Shown here one piece after another: positions 38,601 to 50,668 of a stretch of DNA of 64,000 nucleotides; the first letter of the stretch is position 1; each line of letters starts with the position of its first letter. Under the pieces are notes generated by a model that was given only the letters and a program-made list of their open reading frames with translations, was not told the DNA's origin and ran no database searches. The DNA is taken from positions 901,262 through 965,261 of the forward strand of contig NW_002060963.1 in assembly GCF_000150275.1 (NCBI RefSeq). The letters are read 5' to 3'. This stretch comes from Trichoplax adhaerens. Its lineage: Eukaryota; Animalia; Placozoa. The translations under genes were made by a program, and so were the position numbers.

Positions 38601-39877
38601 AGTAATTATAGCTATTTATTTCAATAGCAAATTAAAGGGAAACTGTTGTATAACTCAATTAAAAAAAGAAAATTTGATTCAGATCGATAGCATTTGTAAT
38701 GCGTGAGATTATTAAATGCCGAATTTATGCAGTATAAACTTAATTTCGAAAAACACATTTTGACTATATTCGGAAGTTACTAAGGTACTAAGAATAGACT
38801 TAGTAGATGAACTCATTTGAACATTTGTGCCCATATTGAATTTCCTCCAAAACTCCTTTCCTTAGCGAATACTTCTCGCTAGTTGGCCCAGCGATACAAA
38901 AGTAGATTAATTTTTGTTCAGAAATAACAATTTTTATCCAATTGCTATAGCTGGATCAGGGCGAATACCGATAGAACGAAGATATACAATTTTTATCTCT
39001 TTTATAACTTCAATACTGCAAAATAGGGAGATTTCCTTCGAAATCTAGCCTGATAGATCATCACGATTTTATCAGCATAGTTTAACAATGTTCCATCATG
39101 GTGCCATCCACTAGCAGTAAAAACAAATATTTCAATACTAATGTAGTGTATGACATAGTCATACTCCACTAGTGTAATTGAGGAAAAATTTAGAATTACT
39201 TTTAAATTCAAGAAAGAATCAAGAATGACTTTCTTTAGGTACGTCCATATATATTTTTGGACAATGATTTAGCTGAAATCGTCAGTTTATTATCTAATTT
39301 CTATTAATATTTATTTGACGAAGTAAAGCGTGATCATGACTACTTAATGGATATAGTTGCAAAGTTTGCAATATTAATGTTGAAAATCAAATTTGTAGTG
39401 ACTTATGAAGAAAATTAATTGGCTCTAATTTAAGCTAAGCTTAGTGATGCCAATTTAATTACCAATTAATGAGCTTGAAATATCCAAAGAAAATCGAGAA
39501 ATTTACTGTAGATTGAAAACTTAGAAAATATAAAGTAAACTCATTTTGCTTCTTACCATCACGTCATACTTTAATAAATTCATAAAATTGCGACTGGCAT
39601 TGCCTTTGTATACGTGGTACCACATTGTACCATGAAACATATCGCCAGCATCAACAAATACGGTGTTAGCAACCTGACTTCTGATCTCCGTTACTTTTGT
39701 CATCATTCGTGCAGATCCGCCATAGCAATTACCAGCTGATGAATCTTGCGCTGAACAAGCACCATTTGGTCCAAATTGTTCAAATCGAGTGTGGATATCA
39801 TTTGTATGCAATATTGTAACATCATAAGCGCTACTGAACGAGATTATCGTGCAAATGAGTATCACAATCATCGCCAT
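35634..39877 (-). CDS. NT5E: GPI-anchored ecto-5'-nucleotidase (CD73-like), 582 aa
   Basis: Exons 39877-39557, 37994-37439, 37263-37075, 36725-36597, 36489-36334, 36209-36104 and 35925-35634 (1749 nt). Signal peptide, ILHTNDIH, DAGD, LGNHEFD, VGHSG, GAHTH, ECNMGNL, LQVSGLRVVYN and a hydrophobic GPI signal. The symbol is family-level. Confidence 0.93.
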
Positions 39878-40733
39878 GTTCTCGCTTTTAAAAGTTGATG
39901 GCACTTTCAATACGACTAAGAAAAACTATAATAAAGGTTAATTCGTAGCAACTATATCTTAAATAAAATCTTTTAACAGGTATTTACTTTAATAATGTAA
40001 ATTAGCCTTGACAATCTTGAGGAATCATTGTTTGCATTCTATAGAACTATCACCCAATCCGTAAGTAGCATGTTGTTTATTATTGGTAAGAGGAGGTTAG
40101 TTTATGAATCTAAATGAATCTGGTAGCCAGCTGTTACAGTATATTATTATTATAATTCGTTACGGTCAGTAGACTGTTTTATAACTGAAACATTATCCTG
40201 AGCTGAATTTATTAACTTAATAGTGGACAGTCTGAAATATTTAAACAGCAGCTAGTATGATATAGCACAATAACATCCGTTGTAGCAACTGTCCTGCAAT
40301 ATTATCATAATTATAATCGATGGAATTTATTTATAAGTAGAATAATCTTGTACGTCTATAGCAATGCTAACTTTCAGGTCAGTAATATTGTTTGGGCATA
40401 TACATTTTATTTCAAGTTCATCTTACAGTTATTCGTCATATTACATTGTTATTGTACAGGGTAATTTAGGATCTCATGTTGAAAGATAGTTCAGGTGTTA
40501 ATAAATTGTATAAAAACCGAATGAATTCATTACAATGTCGGTCATGGATACTCCAGTAATTATATATCATCTATGTTATATAATATTAGTATTTAGTGAA
40601 GTTGAAACAGATTTATACAAAAATGATCATTTTTAAAAAATCATTAAAATATACAAACTGGCGATCGCTAGTGAGCAGTAAAGTTTAAAGCTATTTTGGT
40701 ATGAGGGCGAAGAAGAAATTTAAAATTATCTAT

Positions 40734-43700
40734 CTAACTGTGAAATACATTTCTGCCTCTGGCGCCTTGACTGCTGTGACTACCACGCTGTCCCCAACTT
40801 TTATTCTGATTTCTGTTTTGCTGACCAGTATGACCGTGCTGCCAACCCCCTATGAAAATATTAAATGCAAATACATACATAACCATTTTCTTAAACTCGA
40901 TTTTATGTCGACTTATATCTTCGATAAAGGTAATGATTAGATTGTGTAAAATAACTATATCGATTTCATATCCAAAGCAATTGCTATTTTAAAATTATCA
41001 GCTTACTTCCTTGAACTCTGCCTCTTCCACCACCACTAGCACCTCCGCCTCCTAGCACAAATATCATAATTTGTTAGTAAAAACACTAGATAAAATTGAT
41101 TCATCATTAAAATAATATTTTCTGAATATTAGTGTGAGAGATCTTATTCAGGGGATGATATACAGGGTTTTATGTGGAGATTCTGTTTCCAGTATAATTA
41201 TATTATTGTAATGCCATTATACCCCTGCGATTAGACGGTTCGGTTCTCTCTCTAAATTGAGGCATATCGGCTGCTGCATCGTAATCTACTCGGCCACCTC
41301 GGTCTGGAACCTGTAAAATTAATTATAGGTAAAACATTTAAACTTTTTCGATGTCGTTTAAGCGACTAGTAATATTTAAATATAACATATTAATTTTCAA
41401 GTATTAACGGGACTAGCAATTTTACCTTTCCAATAACCACTTTGTTTACTTCAGTTTCGGTGATTGCTCGAGCAATACCGCTGCAGGTTTTACTAACTCT
41501 TAATAAATCTACAAAACGATGGAGCCATCAATTTATAATAATATAAACTGTTCATTTTGTTATTCTATTCTTTGCTAATCTCAGTTTGATTAAAACTTGT
41601 TTACAATGTATGTAAGCTATTTGCATACCTGTTCTTGCAGAAAAAAGATTAGCAATGCCAATATTACTTTCGGGTGTTAGATTTTGTCGCTGTGACGCAT
41701 AAACTTCGGTAATTTCAGCTTCTTTTTCCTGATTGTAGGTAATTGGCATAAACTTCAAGTGTTATTGCCGTTCGTATAACAGTTTTATTGCGTATTATGA
41801 CTTGTAAACACTCACTACCTTAATACGATCTGCCCAATAAAAAGATTGAATAGTTACGTCTAATCTAGTTAGCAGCATTTGCTTTCTCATGGTATACTGC
41901 TTTATTAGTTCTTCGCTGATTTCATTTAATTCAGTCTAAAATTAAAAAACAGAGAATTTATTAAAAATTAAAGCACACATAGACTAGAGATAATTTCAAG
42001 TTTGTGAATAGAATCATTGGAAATTGCAAGGAGAAAACGTCCGACGTATCATTATTAAATACTGGAAAAATTATGTCGACAATTGCGTTACCAGTTGCTG
42101 CTTTGTAAGACCCTTCGTTAACAAAGGTTTGCCTAATGTATTGGCAGGTAGTTCATTTAACAATAATTTGACCTAGTTACAGAGCAATCAATTAAGGCAT
42201 AACTTTAATGAGCGTCTTTAAAAGGCGAACATGATACAAATACCGATCGTAGTATGTATATATGCGATTTAAAAATTACCTTCCTAACACTTATGATACC
42301 GTACGTATAATTTTCGATAGCTTACTGTACTGACTATATGATATAGCAGAGATGAAATTATCAGATGTTATCCTACTACCCATCGCATACTAGCAAGATC
42401 CTAAATTTCTACCTTCGTGCTATCTGGTGATTGATCTTACCTTCCCTAGTATTGCATTAAATATATCATTCACGGTGTCACCGGCTGGTGAAATGCCTAG
42501 GACCCTACAAATACGTTGCAATTCCCGCTGCGCTATACCCGTTACCTCTCTCCCCTAAGTAGCGAAAAGTTAATGCCTAATTACAACAGTATCATGTTAT
42601 AAGCTACTGGGACTTCTCTAAAAAGTACGCGAGCATATCGATTAAGCATACAGGAGATTCAGGATTGGTAGTTTCTGTGCTTTGCTGTTGTTGAAGAGGT
42701 GATTGATGCTGAATTATGATGGCAGCGTGCAATTCGGTACATAGATATTCTGTGATAGTAAATATAATCAAAGGTAGTTACCACGATTCAACTATAATTG
42801 GCACTAAACGACCAACAATTATACCACTATTAATTACATCATTATAATTGGCACCTAGCGGCTAACAATTATTGGTGGAACAAAAATTAGCCAGTTCTTT
42901 GTTTTACCTAATAGAAACATTCGTTGCTTTAATGTGGCAAAAATATCTTCTTCTTCTTGCATTAGAACATCATAGTTACATTCTATTAAAAGGGATAGAT
43001 TTTTCTGATTATCTTTCTAGGCAAACCATTATAATCAAAACCATGTCCATTTTACATTTAGCGGTCCAATGACATACATATTTCTGATAGAAAAACTAGT
43101 AGGTAATTACATAGCACTGCCGATATATCGGAAAATCCGTGAGAAATTTTAGGATGTTATGAGCTGATTGTAGTGACTATCTGATGGATACCTTTACTTA
43201 GCAAATAGGCGTTATCAATACTTAAATAAATACCTAATAGGGTTAAAAGTTGATGATAGGATCGCGATGTTGCTGTATAGTCATCATCTATTCAATTACA
43301 AGAAATTGATTTTGGATTCCGATAAATGTTAGCATTTGGTCAATCCTTTCACTACAATTCTGACTATAATATTATTAGCTGGAGCAAGTGTAATCATAAA
43401 GTTTCTAGTTCCATTTCGGTGCTTTCATTATTTTACATCACTATGATACATAATTGTTCATGAATGCATATTTTACTTTACAATATATCCTAATCATAAG
43501 TTAATGCCTATAATTTTGTTGCCAATGTTACCAACAACATTTTAATAAGGCATGCGACTGTAAGTCTAATATTGTGATATCATGGCATCGTAGCAAAGTT
43601 ATCAACGATACACGGTAATTATAGACGAAAGTTGCAGCTGCTTAATGCGATTTCTTTTGGCGTTGATATCCAGCTTAATAGAACTAATTCATAATCTCTA

Positions 43701-44378
43701 TACAGTACTACAGACTTACCATCAGGTGGATTGATCGTACAATGTAGGTCAAGAGCTTTTATTAATGATGTGGCAAGCCAGTGCAAGAGTTCAACAAAAT
43801 TTTGAGACTCTAATCCAGTTCTCATTGCATCTCGAAAGGTCTGACGATGTAACATTGGGCCATCGTACCTATCATTCCAATTGAAGTCGCATCAATAGTT
43901 AATCAAATTGGCCATTTTCATGACAACATTACTTCCAAAACAGCTGAAAAGCAATCAAACTACAGTCCATCCATTACTATCCACTACGTCATCCAATCCG
44001 TCAAATCAGCTCAAGTCTAGAGCCACTAAATCATTCAATCGCAATCTATTTAGACATGGATACTGTACGAAACCCAATAGGCAGTTGATTGGCCTTTACT
44101 ATGTCTCTGACTTAAAATACAACGTATAAAATGCAGTCTTTACGCCTAACTCATTGGAATACTTTGTGTTGATTTTAAAGCGATAAAATCAACTTTAACC
44201 GTGGATGAAATGACCAATATCATGATAGAGTAGTTGCGTTTACTGGCCATTTATAATTCTACAGTAGAGTACAGTAAGAAAGCAGTCGATTGACTATGAT
44301 AAACTTGCATGATCAAGTACAGCAGCAAGATTAATCATACCCTAAATCATCCAAAGACTGCAGTAAGCCAGCTTCCAT
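40734..44378 (-). CDS. FAM98: FAM98 family protein (tRNA ligase complex-associated, Gly/Arg-rich tail), 385 aa
   Basis: 13 exons: 44378-44341, 43868-43720, 43287-43234, 42982-42908, 42749-42652, 42554-42441, 42172-42092, 41935-41819, 41728-41629, 41508-41426, 41310-41223, 41051-41007, 40849-40734 (1158 nt). LQSLDDLGYDGP, RKQMLLTRLDVTIQSFYWADR, NKVVIGKVPDRGGR. Confidence 0.93.
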
Positions 44379-44722
44379 CTTGTTTAGCAACAGTGTAGCA
44401 TTCCCCTCCAATGGCTGAAAATGATACGTTGCCAGCCAGTACTATAGAGAACAGTAGGTGAGCTCTTTTTGCTTGACTTGACCAGAGAACGAATGCTCCT
44501 ATACTGGGCACAGTGGTCACACTGGTTGACTAATTTTGTGCTAAGCTTTGACACTGAGTCTTTTCCTGACCGGCAAAAGTCAACGGGTCCAGAATCTGTA
44601 CAAATGAATCGTGGATGCTACAAGGTACCTTGATAAGGCTGCTTTCAGCAGATGCTTGTTAGCTAGGATGACTATGTAGAAAGAGAGCACCTCGATCAAT
44701 CTAGAAAGTAGTGATATAATTG

Positions 44723-46673
44723 ATTCCAGCCGACAAAGTTCGATGGAAACTACTCTAGGGATTTTCGATCGAAAAGGATTTGGACAGCCAGGCCCGATTT
44801 GGCCCGCTAACGCATTTCTTGGATTACTGTACAGTAGAGAGACACAGCGAGGTTTGCGTGTGTTGTTCAATCGACATGGACTACTGGAAAGACGGAACAT
44901 GCGTTGCTGTATCGCTCCAGCTGCTCAACTCAGAACGGTGGCGCAGCAGATGCAGGCTGCCATACAATTGTATGTCCGCTCTTGGCTGTCAGTGTAGTAC
45001 TGTATAAGTAAGATTATATCAAAATTGTGGCAACATTGAGATGAAATCTCCCCATTCCAGCCGATAATGTGCTGTAGAAAGTACTGTAGGCAGTTTCGAT
45101 CGAAAAGGATTTGGACAGCCAAGCCCGATTTGGCCCGCTAACGCATTTCTGGATTACTGTACAGTACAGTAGAGAGACACAGTGAGGTTTGCGTGTGTCG
45201 TTCAATTGACATGGACTACTGGAAAGACGGAACATGCGTTACTGTATCGCTCCAGCTGCTCAACTCAGAACGGTGGCACAGCAGATGCAGGCTGCCATAC
45301 AATTGTATGTCCGCTCTTGGCTGTCAGTACACGTACAGTACGAGTAAAATTATATCAAAATTGTAGCAACATTGAGAAGAAATCTCCCCATTCCAGCCGA
45401 TAATGTGCTGTATAAAGTACTGTAGGCAGTTTCGATCGAAAAAGGATTTGGACAGCCAAGCCCGCTACGACGAATTTCTGGACAGAGACACAGTGAGGTT
45501 TGCGTGTGTCAGTTCGATCGACATGGACTACTGGAAAGACGGAAGACGCGTTGTTGTCCGCTCCAGCTGCTCAACTCAGTAAGGTGGCACAGCAGATGCC
45601 GGCCGCCATACAATTGTATGTCCGTTCTCGGCTATCAGAGTAGTACTGCCATAGGTAAGATTCTGTAGAAATTGCAACAACATTGAAAAGAAACCTCCCC
45701 ATTCCAGCCGATAAAGGGCTATATAAACTACCGTAGGGAGTTTCCATCGAAAAAGGATTTGGACAGCCAGGCCCGATTTTGGCCCGCTGACGAATTTCTG
45801 GATTACTGTACAGAGAGACAGAGTGATGTCTGCGTGTGTCGTGCAATCGACATGGACTACTGGAAAGACGGAAGACGCGTTGTTGTACCGCTCCAGCCGC
45901 TCAACTCACTACGGTGTCGAATTAGATGCAAGCCGTGATACAATTGTATGCCCGTTCTTGGCTGTCAGTGCAGTATAGGCAAGATTGTATAGAAATTGCA
46001 GCAACGTTGAAAAGAAATCTCCTCCTTTCCAGCCGATAAAATGCTATATAAACTACTGTAGGGAGATTCGATCCAAAAAGGATTTTGACAGCCAGGCCCG
46101 ATTTGGTTCGCTGATGAATTTCTGGATTACTGTACAGAGAGACAGAGTGACGTCTGCGTGTGTCGTTCATTCGACATGGACTACTGGAAAGACGGAAAAC
46201 GCGTTGTCGTCCCGCTCCAACCGCTCAACTGAGTAGGGGTGGAACAGCAGATGACGGCCGCCATACAATTGTATGGCCGTTCTTGGCTGTCAGTGCAGTA
46301 TAGGCAAGATTGTATAGAAATTGCAACAACGTTGAAAAGAAATTTCCTCCTTTCCAGCCAATAAAATGCCATATAAACTACTGTAGGGAGTTTCGATCCA
46401 AAAAGGACTTTGACAGCCAGGCCCGATTTGGTTCGCTGATGAATTTCTGGATTACTGTACTGTACAGAGAGACAGAGTGACGTCTGCGTGTGTCGTTCAT
46501 TCGACATGGACTACTGGAAAGACGGAAAACGCGTTGTCGTCCCGCTCCAACCGCTCAACTGAGTAGGGGTGGCACAGCAGATGCTGGCCGCCATACAATT
46601 GTATGGCCGTTCTTGGCTGTCAGTGCAGTATAGGCAAGATTGTATAGATATTGCAGCAACGTTGAAAGAAATC
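44723..46673. repeat. Six-copy ~330-bp tandem array between divergent FAM98 and PSMD8
   Basis: Unit starts at 44723, 45054, 45390, 45701, 46026 and 46351. Invariant 25-mer GACATGGACTACTGGAAAGACGGAA at 44873, 45208, 45520, 45849, 46173 and 46503. Confidence 0.97.
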
Positions 46674-46818
46674 GTCCATTGTCATCAAGACGGTGACACA
46701 ATCGACTGACTATCGCTATAGTAAAGCATAAAATCCGTGGTAACGGTAGACTACTGACTGCATGTTGAGCTGGTTTTAGTCCATGATACAGCAGAAAATA
46801 GTTTAAGGCAAATTGGTC

Positions 46819-49700
46819 ATGGCTCCTGACAACTTTTCCAACGTTTTGCAAAATTTTAATACTTTAAACAAGGAATGGCACTCTGCCCGTCCTGATCTGG
46901 CTAAATGTGGTAGCCTTCTTACGCAACTAAAGGTAATGGCTGAGACAGTGGAATTTTTATTGCTGTAAATTGTGTACAATGTTGAATCTAAAGTGAGCGG
47001 TGAAAAAGCGACAGCAGAGAAAGGACAGCATGTTTTTACAGGCAGCCAAGCGACGCCGATTGAATCATGTCTTTCTAGTAATGGAATCAATTTAGATGGA
47101 AGTGATGTCTTAGATGGCATGAGAATCCTGTAAGGATGGAGAAATAGGGGGATAATAGCCGATAAAGTGAAGTTGAATCTTCTTGATGGATACCTGTAAC
47201 GCACTATCAAACTAGTGAATAGTAATGAATTATGGAGTCATCATCATTCATTGATTGTACTGCACTTTGTTAGATTGTCTGTAGTTTTTCCCGGCCAATG
47301 TGAATCTGAGACATCATCCATTTCCTAACTGATTCGTCAATGTCACTTGTCGATAACAAGTCATCCATCAACGATATATATTAATCTAGTTATAGTGCAC
47401 TTGATCGATTTGTAGATGACAAGAAGTTTTACTCCATACCACTTTCATTACGCATTCTATAAACGATCATCAAACCAGTCACGAAATAAATAAAGCATAA
47501 TGCAGTAATGATGAGATTTGGATAAATATCTTACAATCATCTCTCAAATTAAAGTCGGAAGATATTCTAACTTATAGCGTTCCTTTTGAAAGTTCTATGT
47601 TCAACATTCATCTTGCTCTAAAACTGATGCATAGAATTTTTAGCTCAAGATAGTCAGCAAAACTGAACGTACATCGTACAATCGTACGTATACGTTACTA
47701 CAACCTGACTGGCAGGGCGTAGATGGATCATTCAATAGACATCGACCCTTTTATCCTAAGGCCAAGATATTGCGAGATTTATCACATTCAATTAATTGTA
47801 CGACCTCGATTATAGTCAAGACTTGAGTTTACTTTATAATGAGATCAGGTTGATATGAATAGTTTAAAATTTAAAACGCAAAATCAATCCAGTAGTTACC
47901 AATAAAATTAATGACAAATATAAGTGATTGAATCGTAGATTTGTTGCTCTCTGTTCTTATTGATAGATTGCACTGGCCACCACTTCACTGCTACCGACGG
48001 ATAAAATTGGACAGGATACCGACACTCTGGTTGTCGCTCGTAAGTTATTGCTGTTTGGCCGATAATTATATACTGTATGTCGCAGTAGAGACTTTAGTAG
48101 GAGTTATCATTCCTTTCTTGTTGTATACTACTAGATATTTGTATGGTATTCTAGAATAATATGGCATTTAATGTACCGACCAAGATAATATCCGATCTCT
48201 AGTATGACTATTTGAACAAATTGATTCTTCATTGATTTAGGGGGTACTTTGGAAATTGGGGCGCAATGGAGTATCGCTAAGAAAGATATTCAATCATTTC
48301 AACGATATATGACCCAATTGAAGCCTTATTATATTGATTATAGGTCAGAAATAGTAGGATTGTTGCTGGATTTACGTTTTATTTTCATGATAGCCCATTA
48401 GTGATATCTTTTAGATATGCTCTTGCTAATGTGCCATTTTTAATTCAACCTTTGCATCTTTTACAGTGATATTCTCCCGGAATCGCCGTATATGTATCAA
48501 TTACTCGGTCTAAATTTGCTGGCTTTGCTAGCTGAAAATAGATTAGCCGAATTTCACATAGTGAGTTGTTAATTATCATTTGCTATTCCGCAGCATTGAG
48601 TAAGATTATCGTCGATAGCGTTTACGTCGAAACAGCCAACAATAGAATCAGTTCTTACCGGGATTTACTCATTGATTTTTAGGAATTAGAACTATTACCT
48701 CCTTCAGAAATTTATAGTAACATCTATATTAAACATCCAACAACAATTGAACAGGTGGGATCACGTAGTTGTATAACAAAAATCCTGTAATAATTATATA
48801 GATATAATTGGTTTTAGTTTGATGACTGGAAATGATAAGTCAGCTAAAACGCTCTTGTGATACAAGTAACCATGCATAGATATTTGCCACTATATTTTAG
48901 TCATACTAAGTCGAGCAACTTAAATGTTTTTTAGTTAAAACTTTGAGATTTTCAATTTGTAAATTGTTTTCACCACTTTCTATATTGACTGGCTGCAATG
49001 ATGTTAAATAGTACCTAATGGAAGGCAGCTATAATAAGGTAACCCGTGTACTATTGCGTCTCTGTACAATAAGTTGCATCATTGAAAAAATGGTAGTTAA
49101 TTTATAGATTCTGTGCTCATTTAGGTTTTCCTTGCTCGCGGAAATGTGCCTGCTGAAAGTTATAACTTTTTTATGGATATCCTAGTCAACACAATGAGGT
49201 GTGACGTTGCTAGACTTTGAAATTCTTTGCTACTTGCTTTATCGTGCATCACATTTATAGTAAGCATATCGGAGCGGATTGATAATTGGTTTAATGTTTA
49301 TAAATGCTTTTACTTACGAAGGGACTCTATTGCTGACTGCGCTGAGAAGGCTTATAAAACGTTACTATTTAAAGAGGCAGGTAGAATATTTTTTTTCGAT
49401 AATCAGAGGGAGTTAGAAGAATATACAGAAAAGGTGATTCGAATTTATATCTTACATAACATGCAAAGTAGCCTATACTTTATTACTATTACTGTATACA
49501 TCTGGTACCTGCTTGTAAGTGTAACTATTATCATTTCTATGATTGTAAAACAGAGAGGCTGGAAAACTGACCCCAGTAAAACATATTATACTTTACGTGA
49601 AAATGACGAAAACCATGAAGCGGATGTCTTTACGGTCAATACTAATAAGATATCTGGATATCTACTTGAATATGCTCGCGAAATGGAAAAGATTGTTTAG
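46819..49700 (+). CDS. PSMD8: 26S proteasome non-ATPase regulatory subunit 8 (Rpn12), 271 aa
   Basis: Exons 46819-46932, 47967-48039, 48241-48343, 48467-48560, 48683-48754, 49012-49038, 49125-49198, 49322-49433 and 49554-49700 (816 nt). [72 protein letters not shown]. Confidence 0.97.
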
Positions 49701-50668
49701 GATATTTTACATTATCGCACAATGTACATCCATGTTCCCTTTTTTTATATAATATTGCGATTTAGTACCCGGTAGTCTACTTTCTGTTTTGTACTTTCAA
49801 TTTTAATAAGAATCTTCGGTCAGATGGTCGCTAAATTTGTGGTCTCATATGCAAGTTTCTTGTCTATCTGTGTCAAGCATCACGTTGAGCAGTTAATTTA
49901 AACGTTAACGGTTAATTGTAGTCTAACAATTACGTATTTGTAGTTATACCTACAAGATATCGCAAGTATAATTTACATATCTATTCCTATTAGCTTGTTT
50001 ATATGCTCTTTAAAATGTTTTTGTACGTGCAGCAAGTCACGTGAAATCATAACATAAAAATAAAATTTAATATCTTCAACATAAATGATAGAACTTGGAA
50101 TATAGCTACTTGAACCAACTGTCGTCACTGACTTTTCTGCATTTTAATGTAACATCCTTGGTCTAATAAGTAAACTTTAAATCGTCCCCAAACTTTAAGA
50201 AATCATTTAAAGCTTATCTTATTATGACATTCCATTTATGCAATTACAATCTGTTTTTTTAATTTCTTGAAATTAGTTTGTAGAATAATGTCCAATTTAC
50301 GTACAATATTAGGTAATGAAAAATTTCGAAATCCAAGATTTATTAGGATAGAATATCGATAGGGATACTTATTTTTTTAACTGTTAAAATCTGATCTACT
50401 TCACTCAAGTATTAATCGGGCTAAATAGGATACAAGTAAGTGATCTCCCTATTCACTTATATCAGTATAAATTTACAGTAAGATAATTTCCAAATTAAAG
50501 TTAACATTTACAAAGTGTTTGTTAACGCAGTCTTAATCTTTAATACAATACCATTGCAAACTTGCCATATTATACAATAATATTAAAAATTCTTTCTAGA
50601 AGTAATATTCCAATAACTATTCATCACAAATACCCTATAGAATACTATACTCTAACGGAAATATAGCA

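Noticed and set aside
46085-46290. 5S rRNA similarity (ACGGCCATAC and TCGGGCCTGG on the minus strand)
   Set aside because: Spacing is far too long and the remainder does not match 5S.
45785-46460. Hammerhead ribozyme from CTGATGA/CTGACGA in array copies 4-6
   Set aside because: The following stem is followed by GACA rather than GAAA, stems I and III could not be built, and the motif is absent in copies 1-3.
44723-46673. CRISPR array (invariant 25-mer at regular spacing)
   Set aside because: The intervening ~300-bp segments are homologous to one another, the context is eukaryotic and there are no cas genes.
44580-47210. Many overlapping ORFs across the array
   Set aside because: Frames, starts and stops are not preserved between copies; they are by-products of a GC-richer repeat.
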